Shown here: piece by piece, positions 17,120-26,367 of the stretch | How positions within the stretch are numbered: position 1 is the first letter of the stretch | Layout of the letters: every line of letters begins with the position of its first letter | NCBI GenBank assembly: GCA_045863235.1 | Contig: BTUM01000022.1 | Span: forward strand, 28,158 to 92,157 | Source: Candidatus Xenobia bacterium | GTDB lineage: Bacteria > Vulcanimicrobiota > Xenobia > Xenobiales > QWHO01 | Direction of reading: 5' to 3' | DNA: 64,000 nt | Notes under the pieces: generated by a model | What the model was told of the DNA's origin: nothing | Databases searched by the model: none | The model's input: only the letters and a program-made list of their open reading frames with translations | Translations under genes and position numbers: made by a program

Positions 17120-18946
17120 ATGCAGGAAGCCGACCCCGGGCAGTACATCGAACGCGTCAGTCTGGCCACGGGCGAGGTGCTCGAAGGCCCTATCGAGCCA
17201 GACGAGCTGTTGGTGCGCAAGCACCGCGACTACCATATCGTGGACGTCTACGCCCGCTCTTTGATGAGCTGGCTGGTCAAGACGGGAGACGAGGAGCACG
17301 CTCGCTCTACCATGAAGCGCGTGCGCAGCTTCGGCAAGAAGACTGCCGAGATGCTGGCCAGGGCGGTGGGGGCCAAGGACCCCAAGAAGATTGGGGAGGC
17401 CCTCTTTGGCCTCAAGCGGCGCGAGTTCTACTTCCGCTACAAGCGCCAGCGCCTCAAGAAGCAGGAGATCGAAGCGCGACTCGAGCGTCTGCGCCAGGAG
17501 GCCCGTGAGCAGCTTGAGAAATCGAGCGGGCTGAGGGTCTTGCTCACGGGCGGCACCGGATTCGTCGGCAAGGAAGTCATGTGCCAGGCCGCTCGCGACG
17601 ACCAGGTCAGTGAGATGGTGGTGCTGATCCGTCCCAAGGTCATCAAGAATCGCCGCACCGGCGAGGTGGAGCAGGTGCTGACCCCCACAGACCGGGGACG
17701 AGAGCTCCTGCGCGAGCTGTGGCTCGACGACCCGAAGCTGGCCCGCAAGTTCCGCTTCATCGACGGCGACATCGAGAAGCCCGGCCTGGGGATCAGCCCC
17801 GAGGACCTGAAGGTGCTCGAGCGCACCCTCACCCACGTCATTCACTGTGCCGCCAGCGTGGCCTTCGACGATCCTTACCTCGAGTCGTATCGGGCCAACG
17901 TGCTGGGCAGCCTGAACGCCCTCAACTTCTCGCTGGGCCTTCAGTACGCCCAGGACAGCCCCTTCGTGGCTCACCTTTCCATCGAGACCGCCTACATCCA
18001 CGGGCGCCAGGTGCGCCAGGAGGCGCGCGAGGAGGACGTGGTCTTCCCGCGCAACTTCTACAACAACTTCTACGAGCTCACCAAGGCCTTCGGCTCGATT
18101 GAGACCGAGCGCTTCATGCTCGATGAGGGCCTGCGGGTGGTGCAGCTTTGTCCCGCCATCGTGATCGGAGACAGCCGCACGGGCAACAACCGGGGGGACC
18201 AGAAGGTGGTCAACGCTCCCGTCAATGCCTTCGGTCGCGCCAAGGAGGCGCTGCGTGAGAGCCAGGGCGACTTCCTCAAGTTCGGCAAGACCTGGGTTCT
18301 CTACAAGATGGCCAGCATTTTCCCGGGCGACCCTTCCGCCCAGCTCAACCTGATCCCGGTCGACTGGGTGGCCCGCGGCATCGTGGCCGCCCTCAAGCGC
18401 CCCGAGGCGGTGGGCGAGCGCATTCACCTGGCCACCGACAACCGCATCACCGCTCAGGACATGCAAGACATCCTGCGCGACGAGCTGCGCGTGGACGTCA
18501 AGTTGACCGAGCCCACCATGCACCGGGCCGTGCAACTGCCAATGTTCACCAAGTTCCTGGAGACCATCCGTCAGCGCAACCTGGCTCGCGCCTTGAGAAA
18601 GCTGGGAACCATCTTCGGGGGCTACTCCGAGTGGGGCCAGCCCATCCACGCCGTGGGCCATGACGTCAGGGTGCTGGGGTTGCCCGAGCAACGCCCCAAC
18701 ACCGAGGCCGCCTTCCGTATGCTGTGCCGGCACAACAAGTACGTCCAGCAGTTCGGCAAGCTGCGCGACCCCCTCGAGCTTGCCCGCCGCGAGAAGCTTT
18801 GGAGCGAGTTCATCCAGTCCCTGGAAGAGCGCACCGGCCAGCCGGCCAGCTCGCTCTCCTCCACCGAGTTCCGCAAAGCCCTCAAAGCCGAGCTCGATCT
18901 TGAGCTGTTTCAGCCCCTGACCAGGGAGAGCCCTGCAGGGTGTTGA
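17120..18946 (+). CDS. SDR-type fatty acyl-CoA/thioester reductase (NAD_binding_4, 'male sterility' type)
   Basis: Rossmann motif VLLTGGTGFVGKEV, HCAASVAFD, catalytic YELTK (YxxxK), VQLCPAIVIGDSRTG. The N-terminal about 140 aa is an extension and the start is uncertain. Confidence 0.78.
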   Translation: MQEADPGQYIERVSLATGEVLEGPIEPDELLVRKHRDYHIVDVYARSLMSWLVKTGDEEHARSTMKRVRSFGKKTAEMLARAVGAKDPKKIGEALFGLKRREFYFRYKRQRLKKQEIEARLERLRQEAREQLEKSSGLRVLLTGGTGFVGKEVMCQAARDDQVSEMVVLIRPKVIKNRRTGEVEQVLTPTDRGRELLRELWLDDPKLARKFRFIDGDIEKPGLGISPEDLKVLERTLTHVIHCAASVAFDDPYLESYRANVLGSLNALNFSLGLQYAQDSPFVAHLSIETAYIHGRQVRQEAREEDVVFPRNFYNNFYELTKAFGSIETERFMLDEGLRVVQLCPAIVIGDSRTGNNRGDQKVVNAPVNAFGRAKEALRESQGDFLKFGKTWVLYKMASIFPGDPSAQLNLIPVDWVARGIVAALKRPEAVGERIHLATDNRITAQDMQDILRDELRVDVKLTEPTMHRAVQLPMFTKFLETIRQRNLARALRKLGTIFGGYSEWGQPIHAVGHDVRVLGLPEQRPNTEAAFRMLCRHNKYVQQFGKLRDPLELARREKLWSEFIQSLEERTGQPASSLSSTEFRKALKAELDLELFQPLTRESPAGC

Positions 18947-18959
18947 ATTTTCAAGGAGC

Positions 18960-19871
18960 ATGTTGACGCGCCGGGTGAGCCCCCAGTGCACCATGATGAG
19001 CTTTGTCATCCGCCGGCTGGTGAAGGCCCGCTCGCGCGGCCACATTGACGTTCCCTACGTGCGCCGCTGGATCCGCTTCCTCATGGGGGTGCACAACCTC
19101 AGCCTGTTCAACGTCAGCTTCGCGCCCGTTCACGAGCAGGGTATCCGAGCCGAATGGGCCCTGCCACCCAAAGGCTCCTCCTGCCGGGCGATCCTCTACT
19201 TTCACGGCGGGGGCTACTTCTTCTGCTCGCCCGAGACCCATCGCCCCATCACCGCCGGTCTGGCCCACTTCAGCGGGGCGCAGACGCTGGCCGTGCGCTA
19301 CCGGCTGGCGCCCGAGCACCCCTATCCGGCCGCCCTGGAAGACGGGCTGAACGCCTATCGCTGGTTGCGCGACAGGGGCTTTCGGCCCGATCAGATCGCC
19401 CTGGCCGGCGACTCGGCCGGGGGCGGCCTGGCCCTGGCGATCCTGATCGCCTTGCGCGACCAGGGCGAGCCCCTGCCGGCCGCGGCCACCGTCTTCTCGC
19501 CCTGGACCGACCTGGCTTGCACCGGTCATTCCCTCGACCACAACGACCGCCACTGCATCATGTTCAGTGGCGAAGGCATCCGCCGCGCCGTCAACCTCTA
19601 CGTCGGTCAGGAAGACCCCCGCCATCCTACCCTCTCGCCCCTCTACGCCGATCTTTCCGGGCTTCCCCCGCTCTTGCTGCACGTGAGCGACAACGAGGTG
19701 CTGCTCGACGACTCCACCCGCTTTGCCCGCAAGGCCCAGCAGCACGGGGTGACCACCCGGCTCAAGGTGTGGCAGGGCCAGCCCCACGTCTGGCAGCTCT
19801 TTGCCCCCGTCATGCCCGAGGGGCGCCAGTCGCTGGCCGAGGCCGGCGAGTTCATCCGGCGCTTCGTGTAG
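18960..19871 (+). CDS. Alpha/beta hydrolase, HSL/Aes-type esterase-lipase
   Basis: Oxyanion HGGGY motif (ILYFHGGGYFF), nucleophile elbow GDSAGG, and a C-terminal ...HVW... region. Confidence 0.85.
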   Translation: MLTRRVSPQCTMMSFVIRRLVKARSRGHIDVPYVRRWIRFLMGVHNLSLFNVSFAPVHEQGIRAEWALPPKGSSCRAILYFHGGGYFFCSPETHRPITAGLAHFSGAQTLAVRYRLAPEHPYPAALEDGLNAYRWLRDRGFRPDQIALAGDSAGGGLALAILIALRDQGEPLPAAATVFSPWTDLACTGHSLDHNDRHCIMFSGEGIRRAVNLYVGQEDPRHPTLSPLYADLSGLPPLLLHVSDNEVLLDDSTRFARKAQQHGVTTRLKVWQGQPHVWQLFAPVMPEGRQSLAEAGEFIRRFV

Positions 19872-19878
19872 GCGCAAG

Positions 19879-21219
19879 GTGGCCAGCAAGCCCCGCACCA
19901 TTCCGCTGACCAACGCCGACGCCGCCTGGCTGCACATGGAGGAGCCCAACAACCCCATGATGGTCACCGGCATGTTCTTGTTCGACCGGCCGGTCGACCA
20001 CGAGTGGTTGCGCTTCACGCTGGAGAGGCGTTTGCTGCGCTATGAGCGATTTCGCATGAAGGTCGAGTTTCCCGTGCTCGGCCGTCCCCGCTGGACGCTG
20101 GACAAACAGTTCGACATCGACCGGCACCTGGTATCCTGGCGTTTGCCCCCTCAGTCCGGCGAGAGCGACCTGCTCGAGTTCGTCAGCGACCTGATGAGCA
20201 GCCCGTTGGACCAGAGCGTTCCCCTGTGGCAGCTCCACCTGGTGCAAGACTTCCAGGGCGGCTCGGCTCTCATCGCCCGCCTGCATCATTGCATTGCCGA
20301 CGGCATCGCCCTCATGCGGGTGCTGCTCGATCTTACCGACCCCGAGCCCTCCCCTCCGGTCGAGCGCGACGAGCAGCCCGAGGTGCGCGAGTCGCCCCGC
20401 CGCCGCAAGGGCCCCAAGATGCACGCCAGCCGCGAGATCACGGTGCGCCCCATGGAGATGATCGACGTGGCCCGAAAGCACCTGGCCGCGGCCGGCAACC
20501 TGGGCAAGATGCTGCTGCTCGAGGGTGAGCCCGTGACGCCCCTGCGAGGTCCGCTCGGGCCCCGCAAGCGGGCCGCCGTCTCGCGGGCCATACCGCTGGA
20601 AGAGGTCAAGGCGGCCCGGCGCCGCATCGGCGGCACCGTCAACGACATCCTGGTGGCCGCCCTGACGGGAGGGCTCAAGCGCTACCTGGGCCGGCGAGGC
20701 TTCGAGCCCGGTCCCGAGGTTTCGGTGCGGGCCGTGGTTCCGGTCGACCTGCGCCAGCCCCATCACGCCGACCTGGGCAACCGCTTCGGCATGGTCTTCC
20801 TGGCCCTGCCGGTGGGCCTGGAGACCCCCGCCGAGCAGTTCGCCGAGGTCAAGCGCCGCATGGACGCCCTCAAGAGCGGTCCCCAGGCGGTGGTAGTCTT
20901 CGGCCTGCTCAGCGCCGTGGGCACCATTCCGGCCGAGCTTCAGACCCGGGTGGTGGAGTTCTTCGGCTCCAAGTCGACCCTGGTGGTGACCAACGTGCCC
21001 GGTCCCGACAAGCAGCTCTACCTGGCCGGCCAGGCCATTACCGGCTTGATGTTCTGGGTGCCCCAGTCGGGCCGCCTGGGGCTGGGGGTGAGCATCTTGA
21101 GCTACGGAGGCCAGGTGCGGGTGGGGGTGGCCTGCGACGACCGCCTGGTGACCGACCCGGAGACACTGGTGGAGGATTTCCACGCCGCCTTCGACCAGCT
21201 TGTTGATCGGGATCACTGA
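19879..21219 (+). CDS. Wax ester synthase / diacylglycerol acyltransferase (WS/DGAT)
   Basis: Active-site HHCIADG (HHxxxDG), N-terminal LTNADAAWLHMEEPNNPMMV, C-terminal NVPGP. I propose the GTG at 19879, just after the esterase stop; track ORF 19801 overlaps the upstream gene. Confidence 0.88.
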   Translation: MASKPRTIPLTNADAAWLHMEEPNNPMMVTGMFLFDRPVDHEWLRFTLERRLLRYERFRMKVEFPVLGRPRWTLDKQFDIDRHLVSWRLPPQSGESDLLEFVSDLMSSPLDQSVPLWQLHLVQDFQGGSALIARLHHCIADGIALMRVLLDLTDPEPSPPVERDEQPEVRESPRRRKGPKMHASREITVRPMEMIDVARKHLAAAGNLGKMLLLEGEPVTPLRGPLGPRKRAAVSRAIPLEEVKAARRRIGGTVNDILVAALTGGLKRYLGRRGFEPGPEVSVRAVVPVDLRQPHHADLGNRFGMVFLALPVGLETPAEQFAEVKRRMDALKSGPQAVVVFGLLSAVGTIPAELQTRVVEFFGSKSTLVVTNVPGPDKQLYLAGQAITGLMFWVPQSGRLGLGVSILSYGGQVRVGVACDDRLVTDPETLVEDFHAAFDQLVDRDH

Positions 21220-21274
21220 ACAGACTGGTCAGATGGGTCTAAGCTGAGGTATCATCAGCTGAGGAGGTCGTCCC

Positions 21275-21697
21275 GTGAGCATGGCATTCTTGAACCGCAG
21301 GCTGGACGAGCTGGCCGAAGTGCAATCGCACGAGTTTCGCCTGATCATGGGCGCTCTGGCCCAGCATAAACGCCAGTTTGGGACGATGCAGCAGTCCATG
21401 GGAGAGATGCAGCAGACTGTCGGCCAACTCCAGCAGACCGTCGGCCAACTCCAGCAGACTGTCGGCCAACTCCAGCAGACTGTCGGCCAGCTCCAGCAGA
21501 CTGTCGGCCAACTCCAGCAGACCGTCGGCAATGTGCAAGATTCCATCGGCGAGATCAACGAAACCCTCGAGCAGCTCAGCTCGTCCTCCGATCTGCAGGC
21601 CCAGGCCATGGAACGCTACAATGCCGTCGCCGAAGAGCGCTTTGCCCTTCTGCGCCGGGTCCTGGCCGAGCACGAGCACGACGACCCGGCCGCCTGA
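21275..21697 (+). CDS. Coiled-coil protein with (QQTVGQL)x6 heptad repeat
   Basis: GTG 21275 or ATG 21281 (MAFLNRRLDEL...). Six to seven perfect heptads, then an acidic tail. Confidence 0.55.
   Translation: MSMAFLNRRLDELAEVQSHEFRLIMGALAQHKRQFGTMQQSMGEMQQTVGQLQQTVGQLQQTVGQLQQTVGQLQQTVGQLQQTVGNVQDSIGEINETLEQLSSSSDLQAQAMERYNAVAEERFALLRRVLAEHEHDDPAA
21386..21535 (+). repeat. 21-bp tandem repeat x about 6-7 (cagcagactgtcggccaactc)
   Basis: Units start at 21410, 21431, 21452, 21473, 21494 and 21515, with a degenerate unit before them. Differences are only a/c wobble changes. Confidence 0.92.
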
Positions 21698-21737
21698 TTT
21701 CAGCTTTTTTTCAGCCCCCCGGTCTACCAAGACGGGT

Positions 21738-22130
21738 ATGAACGTCTGCTGCCGCCCCGCCCCGAGCTACGGGCCCTACTATCCCCCGCCCTACTATCCA
21801 CCGCCCTGTCCCCCCCCGTGGCAGGAGCCTCCCCGGGAGCACTCCGCGCTCTCGCGAGCCGGTGGCGCCCTGTGGGGCGGCGCGGTGGGCTGGGAGGCTG
21901 GCTGCACCGCCGGCCAGATCGTCTTCGGACCTCCCGGCGCGCTGGTCTTCGGCGTGACCGGCGCGGCCTACGGGGCCATTCGCGGCTGCCAGGAGGGCTT
22001 CGCCACCACCTTCTGCACCACCGTGGGAGCTGGCCTGGGAGCCCAGGTGGGCATGCAATGCGCCGGCCTGTTTGGCGGCGTAGCCGGCCTCATCGTGGGC
22101 GGCTACGTGGGCTACAAGCTCGCCAACTGA
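21738..22130 (+). CDS. Small Pro/Tyr-rich + glycine-zipper membrane protein
   Basis: ATG 21738 lies in frame in track ORF 21378..22130. YGPYYPPPYYPPPCPPPW, then GxxxG-rich hydrophobic segments (GALWGGAVGWEAG..., GLFGGVAGLIVGGYVGY). Confidence 0.5.
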   Translation: MNVCCRPAPSYGPYYPPPYYPPPCPPPWQEPPREHSALSRAGGALWGGAVGWEAGCTAGQIVFGPPGALVFGVTGAAYGAIRGCQEGFATTFCTTVGAGLGAQVGMQCAGLFGGVAGLIVGGYVGYKLAN

Positions 22131-22209
22131 CCGTCAGCGGGCACGAGATCTGCACTCATTCCCGGACGAGCTGCGCCCGCTCTGCGCGCAACCCGCCGGT
22201 TCTGCTACC

Positions 22210-24900
22210 CTAAGAACGAGTGCGCAAACGCACCCCGCCCACTGTGACCCCACCCCGGCTGACCTGAACCCCGCCCGCGACCTGACCCTCGTCGGCCGGG
22301 CCCCGCGTCAGCGCCTTCAAAGCGTCGCTCAGGCTGCTGCTGGATAGATAGCTCTTGAGGAAGCTGTCGGTGGCCTGACCCAGCTCGCGGCCGGTCCAGG
22401 CTCCATCTCGCACGCTGCCCACCAGGGCCTGGTAAGCCTGACGGCTGGCCTCGACCCCCTCGCTCGGCTCCAGGGCGTGCCGCAGCCGTGACAGAGCCTC
22501 CAGGCGCTCATCCAGGCTCGAGCCGGGCAGACTTTCCCCGGTGAGCAGCTGGTAGTCGGGAGCCACCGGGCCATCCCCCAGCGCGGCGTGCAGGCGAGCG
22601 GCCATCAGCTGACGTTGTTCGAACGGCTCGGGAGGCTGGCGCAGGCTCTCGAGGGCCCGCTTTGGATCGCCCTGCAGGTCAAGCTCCACCTGCAACCGCT
22701 GCACCAGCTCCGAGCCTCCAATCTTGCCGAGCTGGCCGCTCTTCAGCTCGGTCAGAAGGGCCCGGGCATCCTTGCTGCTCAGCTTGCGATTGAGGTCGGC
22801 CAGAGTTTGGGCGTCCTCCAGCAGCTTGCGGTCGCTCAGCCCGAGCAGGAAGCGATAGTCGCTCAGCGAGGACTCCACGCCGGTCCCGAAGTTGACGGTG
22901 CCCTGCTGGGGATCGAAGAAGGCGTTCAGGTTGATCCCGCTGACCGGCTCGTGCTCCGGCCGCCACAACATCTGCTCGGCCTTCTCGCGAAGCTCGAGCG
23001 GCTCGGGCAGCTCGGGGCATCCGCCCGGCTGCAGGCACTTGAGAGCCGTTTCGGTATCCCCCGCCAGGCGCTCCTCGCGCAGGAACCGGTCGGTCACCGT
23101 GGCGGGATCACCGGGGTGGGCCAGCAGCCTGGGGAAGAGCTCCAGGGCCGTCTTGTCGTCCAGGCGCTTGATCAGAGCGCCCAGAGCTTCCCCCGCCCGG
23201 GCCAGGTCCCTCTCGGGAGGATGCAGCTCGAGCAGGCGAGCGAAGATCTGAGTCGGGCGCTGGGGCCTGGGGACCCACTTCTGCCGGTCCTCAAAGAGGC
23301 GGCCCATGGGGCCGGCCATGCTCGTCCCCGACATGCTCGCCACCCGATCCTGGGCCGTCACCGCCCCGGCCACGGCCTGGTAGGCCTTCAGCGCCTCGGG
23401 ATAGGGTGCCCCGCAGCCTCTCAGAAGCTGGTCGGCCTCCAGGGAGTCCTGAAAGCGCCCTCCCAGACGGCCCAGCACAAGCAGCCGCTCGCGATCTTCC
23501 GAGCCGTGCCCGTGGAAGTGGGCCACTGCGGGGGCCAGCCACTCGGGTTTCAAACCCTGCTCGGCTCGCAGCTCGAGGAAAGGCTCCACCAGGGCCTCCA
23601 TCGGGCAGGTGGGAGAAGCGGCTGCGGCCAGTCGCCGCATGTCGGCCAGGGCCTCGGTCTCCTCCGGCTCGCCCATACCCCACAGCCTCAGGCCCAACCT
23701 CGCGGTCTCGTCCGGGTGATCCTTATGAAAAGCCTTGAGGCGCTCGTAAAGAGCCAGCTTGCCCTCCACGCTCTGGCCACTGGGGACGGCCAGGATGTCC
23801 AGCGTGGTCTTGCGCTCGGCCACCGGAAGCTCGAGCAGGTGCTCGCGGCGGTACTCCCTGGCCTGCTCGAAATCGGGTCCCAGCTGGAGCAGTCCGTCCG
23901 GTCCCAGCGGGGCCGGGGTCCAGGCCACACCGTCCAGAGCCACCTGGAAGACCGCTTTCGGATTCGAGCGCAGGCCGGCGTGGACGGCCATCGCGTCCTC
24001 GGACTGGGCCACCGTCCCGATGAGGCTGAAGGTCGGGTCGGAGGGCAGGAACTGCACCCCCGAGCGAGCCAGCTCGCGCAACTGGCAGGCCAGCGGGTCG
24101 CGGTCCAGCTCCGGATGAGGCTCGCCCAGGTAGAAGAAGCAGGCTGCCTCCAGCGATTTCAGCTGACACGGGCGAGTGGCGTGGGGGCCCTGCACCCACA
24201 CGTTGGTCAGCGTTCCCCGGGCAGCCTCGCGGTGAGCCCCGTAGACTCCGGCCGGGCGGGGGGGGTCGTGGGGCTTGATCCGCCCATCATCGAGGGGCCA
24301 GATGTCCTTGAGCGAATCCGGGTCCGCCGTGTCGATGACCACGATCTTGGCGTGCAGCAGGCCCTTCTGGGCTTCGGGTACCCGGTAGTTGGACCCGGCC
24401 AGCAGCAGCTTGACGCCCCCTTCCTTCTCCAGCCGGGCGAACGTCGCGGCCGCCCGCGGGTCGGTCATGGCCGAGAACTCCTCGCGGGCCGCGTGCGAGA
24501 GGTCCTTGAGGTCCTGGAAGCTGGAGACGGGAATGCGCTCGACGTTCATGGCCGGCAGGAGGGAGAACGGCTTCTCCGTGGGCTCGGAGCTGCGCTGGCT
24601 CACCTGCAGCTCGCCCTCCGGCCATGAGCTGAGCGCTTCGAGGCTGACCTCTTTCTTGCCATCACTGAGGACGTAGCCGCCTGCCTTGAGGTCGGTTGCC
24701 AGGGCGCAGAGCTCGGCCCCCAGTGGAGGGGGACAGAGAGCCCAGGCGACCGCCGCCTCGATCCCGGTGCGCGGCGCCGGCGAGAAGTTCAGGTTGCCGC
24801 CCAGGATGACCTGGTCCGGGGAGGCGCTCTCGGGAGTGCTGGCAGCCCGCGCGGGAGCCGTCCAGGGAGTGAGCGGGGAGCCAAGGGAGGGAACCTGCAT
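22210..24900 (-). CDS. Large hypothetical protein (about 896 aa), no recognisable domain
   Basis: Track ORF 22210..24975 trimmed to ATG 24900 (MQVPSLGS...). The composition is acidic and helical and protein-like. The antisense ORF 22588..24627 has L/Q/G/H artefact composition. Confidence 0.6.
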   Translation of the reverse strand: MQVPSLGSPLTPWTAPARAASTPESASPDQVILGGNLNFSPAPRTGIEAAVAWALCPPPLGAELCALATDLKAGGYVLSDGKKEVSLEALSSWPEGELQVSQRSSEPTEKPFSLLPAMNVERIPVSSFQDLKDLSHAAREEFSAMTDPRAAATFARLEKEGGVKLLLAGSNYRVPEAQKGLLHAKIVVIDTADPDSLKDIWPLDDGRIKPHDPPRPAGVYGAHREAARGTLTNVWVQGPHATRPCQLKSLEAACFFYLGEPHPELDRDPLACQLRELARSGVQFLPSDPTFSLIGTVAQSEDAMAVHAGLRSNPKAVFQVALDGVAWTPAPLGPDGLLQLGPDFEQAREYRREHLLELPVAERKTTLDILAVPSGQSVEGKLALYERLKAFHKDHPDETARLGLRLWGMGEPEETEALADMRRLAAAASPTCPMEALVEPFLELRAEQGLKPEWLAPAVAHFHGHGSEDRERLLVLGRLGGRFQDSLEADQLLRGCGAPYPEALKAYQAVAGAVTAQDRVASMSGTSMAGPMGRLFEDRQKWVPRPQRPTQIFARLLELHPPERDLARAGEALGALIKRLDDKTALELFPRLLAHPGDPATVTDRFLREERLAGDTETALKCLQPGGCPELPEPLELREKAEQMLWRPEHEPVSGINLNAFFDPQQGTVNFGTGVESSLSDYRFLLGLSDRKLLEDAQTLADLNRKLSSKDARALLTELKSGQLGKIGGSELVQRLQVELDLQGDPKRALESLRQPPEPFEQRQLMAARLHAALGDGPVAPDYQLLTGESLPGSSLDERLEALSRLRHALEPSEGVEASRQAYQALVGSVRDGAWTGRELGQATDSFLKSYLSSSSLSDALKALTRGPADEGQVAGGVQVSRGGVTVGGVRLRTRS

Positions 24901-24967
24901 CGAGACCCTTATTCGTTTGGAGCCCGCTCGCCCCCTGTCCCGCCTGATTTGGACCCGCACGCCGGCA

Positions 24968-25055
24968 GGCTCCAACTCGAAGAAGGATCATGTCCGCTTC
25001 CGAGCCGGATCACGACGAACGTGCGTTCCGGGCTCCAACTCGAGGACGGATCATG
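24968..25055. promoter_or_regulatory. Two 25-bp direct repeats (63-bp period) in a divergent promoter region
   Basis: ggctccaactcgaagaaggatcatg (24968-24992) and ggctccaactcgaggacggatcatg (25031-25055) differ at 2 positions. They lie between starts 24900(-) and 25096(+). Confidence 0.6.
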
Positions 25056-25095
25056 ATCCATGGACAGACCCGGGCCCGCCGGCTACAATGCCGCA

Positions 25096-26367
25096 ATGGA
25101 CCAGCCGCCCTATCGGCAGCGCGAGATCTACCTCCAGGGGGCTGGCGGCCGCAAGCCCCTGGTGCCGCTCGATTTCGAGGCCATGGAGCGGGCCTGCCAG
25201 AAGCGCCTCAGCCCCGAAGCCTTCGGCTACCTGGCCGGGGGGGCCGGGCGCGAGTCCACCATGCAGGTTAACCGTCAGGCCTTCGAGCGCTGGTGCATCC
25301 TGCCCACCATGCTCAAAGACGTCTCCCAGCGCGATCTCTCCGTGGAGTTGCTGGGCCGCAAGCTGCCGGCTCCCGTGCTGCTCTGCCCGGTCGGAGCGCT
25401 CGAGCTGGCTCACCCCCACGCCGACGCGGCCGTGGCCCGAGCCGCCCGCGGGTTGGGCCTGCCGATGATCTTCTCCAACCAGGCCTCGGTGCCCATGGAG
25501 GTGTGCGCCGCCGCCATGGGCGACAGCCCGCGCTGGTTCCAGCTTTACTGGAGCAAGTCCAACGAGCTGGTCGAGAGCCTGGTGCGCCGGGCCGAGCGCT
25601 GCGGCTGCGAGGCCATCGTGGTCTCGGTGGATACCCCTCTACTGGGCTGGCGCACCCGCGACCTGGAGAACGGCTACCTCCCCTTCCTGCGCGGCCGGGG
25701 GTTGTCGCAGTACTTCACCGATCCCGTTTTCCAGCGCCTGCTCGACGAGCCCGGGGCAGGTGCCCCCGACCCCGATTCACCCCGCCCGAAGGGCCTGGGC
25801 GTGCTCGAGCTGCTCTACCAGATCAACCGCAGCTACCCCGGCAGCTTCCTGCAGAACCTGCGCACGGACCGCCCGCTGCGGGCCGTACGCCAGTTCATCC
25901 GCATCTACTCGCGCACCACCTTGACCTGGAAAGACCTCGACTTCTTGCGGGGCATCACCAGGCTGCCCGTGCTGCTCAAGGGCATCCTGACGGTGGAGGA
26001 CGCCCGGCGCGCCCTGGATCAGGGCCTGGATGGCATCATCGTATCCAACCACGGAGGCCGTCAGGTAGACGGCTCCATCACCGCCCTGGACGCCCTCGAC
26101 TCCATCTCGCAGGCCGTGGGCGACAAGCTCTTGCTGCTTTTCGACAGCGGCATCCGCCACGGCGCCGACGTCTTCAAGGCCCTCTGCCTGGGGGCCCGGG
26201 CCGTCTGCCTGGGCCGTCCCTTCGTCTACGGGCTGGCCCTGGCGGGGGAGGAGGGGGTGCGCGAGGTGCTGGCCAACCTGCTGGCCGACTTCGAGCTGAC
26301 CATGGCTTTATCGGGTTGCTGCAGCCCGGCCGAGCTGGGCCGTCAGCACCTGGTGGCCGCGCCCTGA
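25096..26367 (+). CDS. FMN-dependent alpha-hydroxy-acid oxidase/dehydrogenase (lactate oxidase / 2-monooxygenase-like)
   Basis: ...VSNHGGRQVDG..., ...FDSGIRHGADVFKALCLGA..., TIM-barrel FMN family pattern. The start is ATG 25096 or 25060. Confidence 0.88.
   Translation: MDQPPYRQREIYLQGAGGRKPLVPLDFEAMERACQKRLSPEAFGYLAGGAGRESTMQVNRQAFERWCILPTMLKDVSQRDLSVELLGRKLPAPVLLCPVGALELAHPHADAAVARAARGLGLPMIFSNQASVPMEVCAAAMGDSPRWFQLYWSKSNELVESLVRRAERCGCEAIVVSVDTPLLGWRTRDLENGYLPFLRGRGLSQYFTDPVFQRLLDEPGAGAPDPDSPRPKGLGVLELLYQINRSYPGSFLQNLRTDRPLRAVRQFIRIYSRTTLTWKDLDFLRGITRLPVLLKGILTVEDARRALDQGLDGIIVSNHGGRQVDGSITALDALDSISQAVGDKLLLLFDSGIRHGADVFKALCLGARAVCLGRPFVYGLALAGEEGVREVLANLLADFELTMALSGCCSPAELGRQHLVAAP

Noticed and set aside
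17021-19045. Upstream about 675 codons of the 834-aa minus-strand ORF 16541..19045
   Set aside because: It is antisense to the acyl reductase and the esterase 5' end and has artefact composition. Only the last 159 codons (from ATG 17020, with a GGAGG RBS) look like a gene.
25293-26363. N-terminal about 357 codons of the 577-aa ORF 25293..27026
   Set aside because: It is out-of-frame read-through of the oxidase gene (R/P/G-rich). Only the last about 220 codons carry TrmO motifs.
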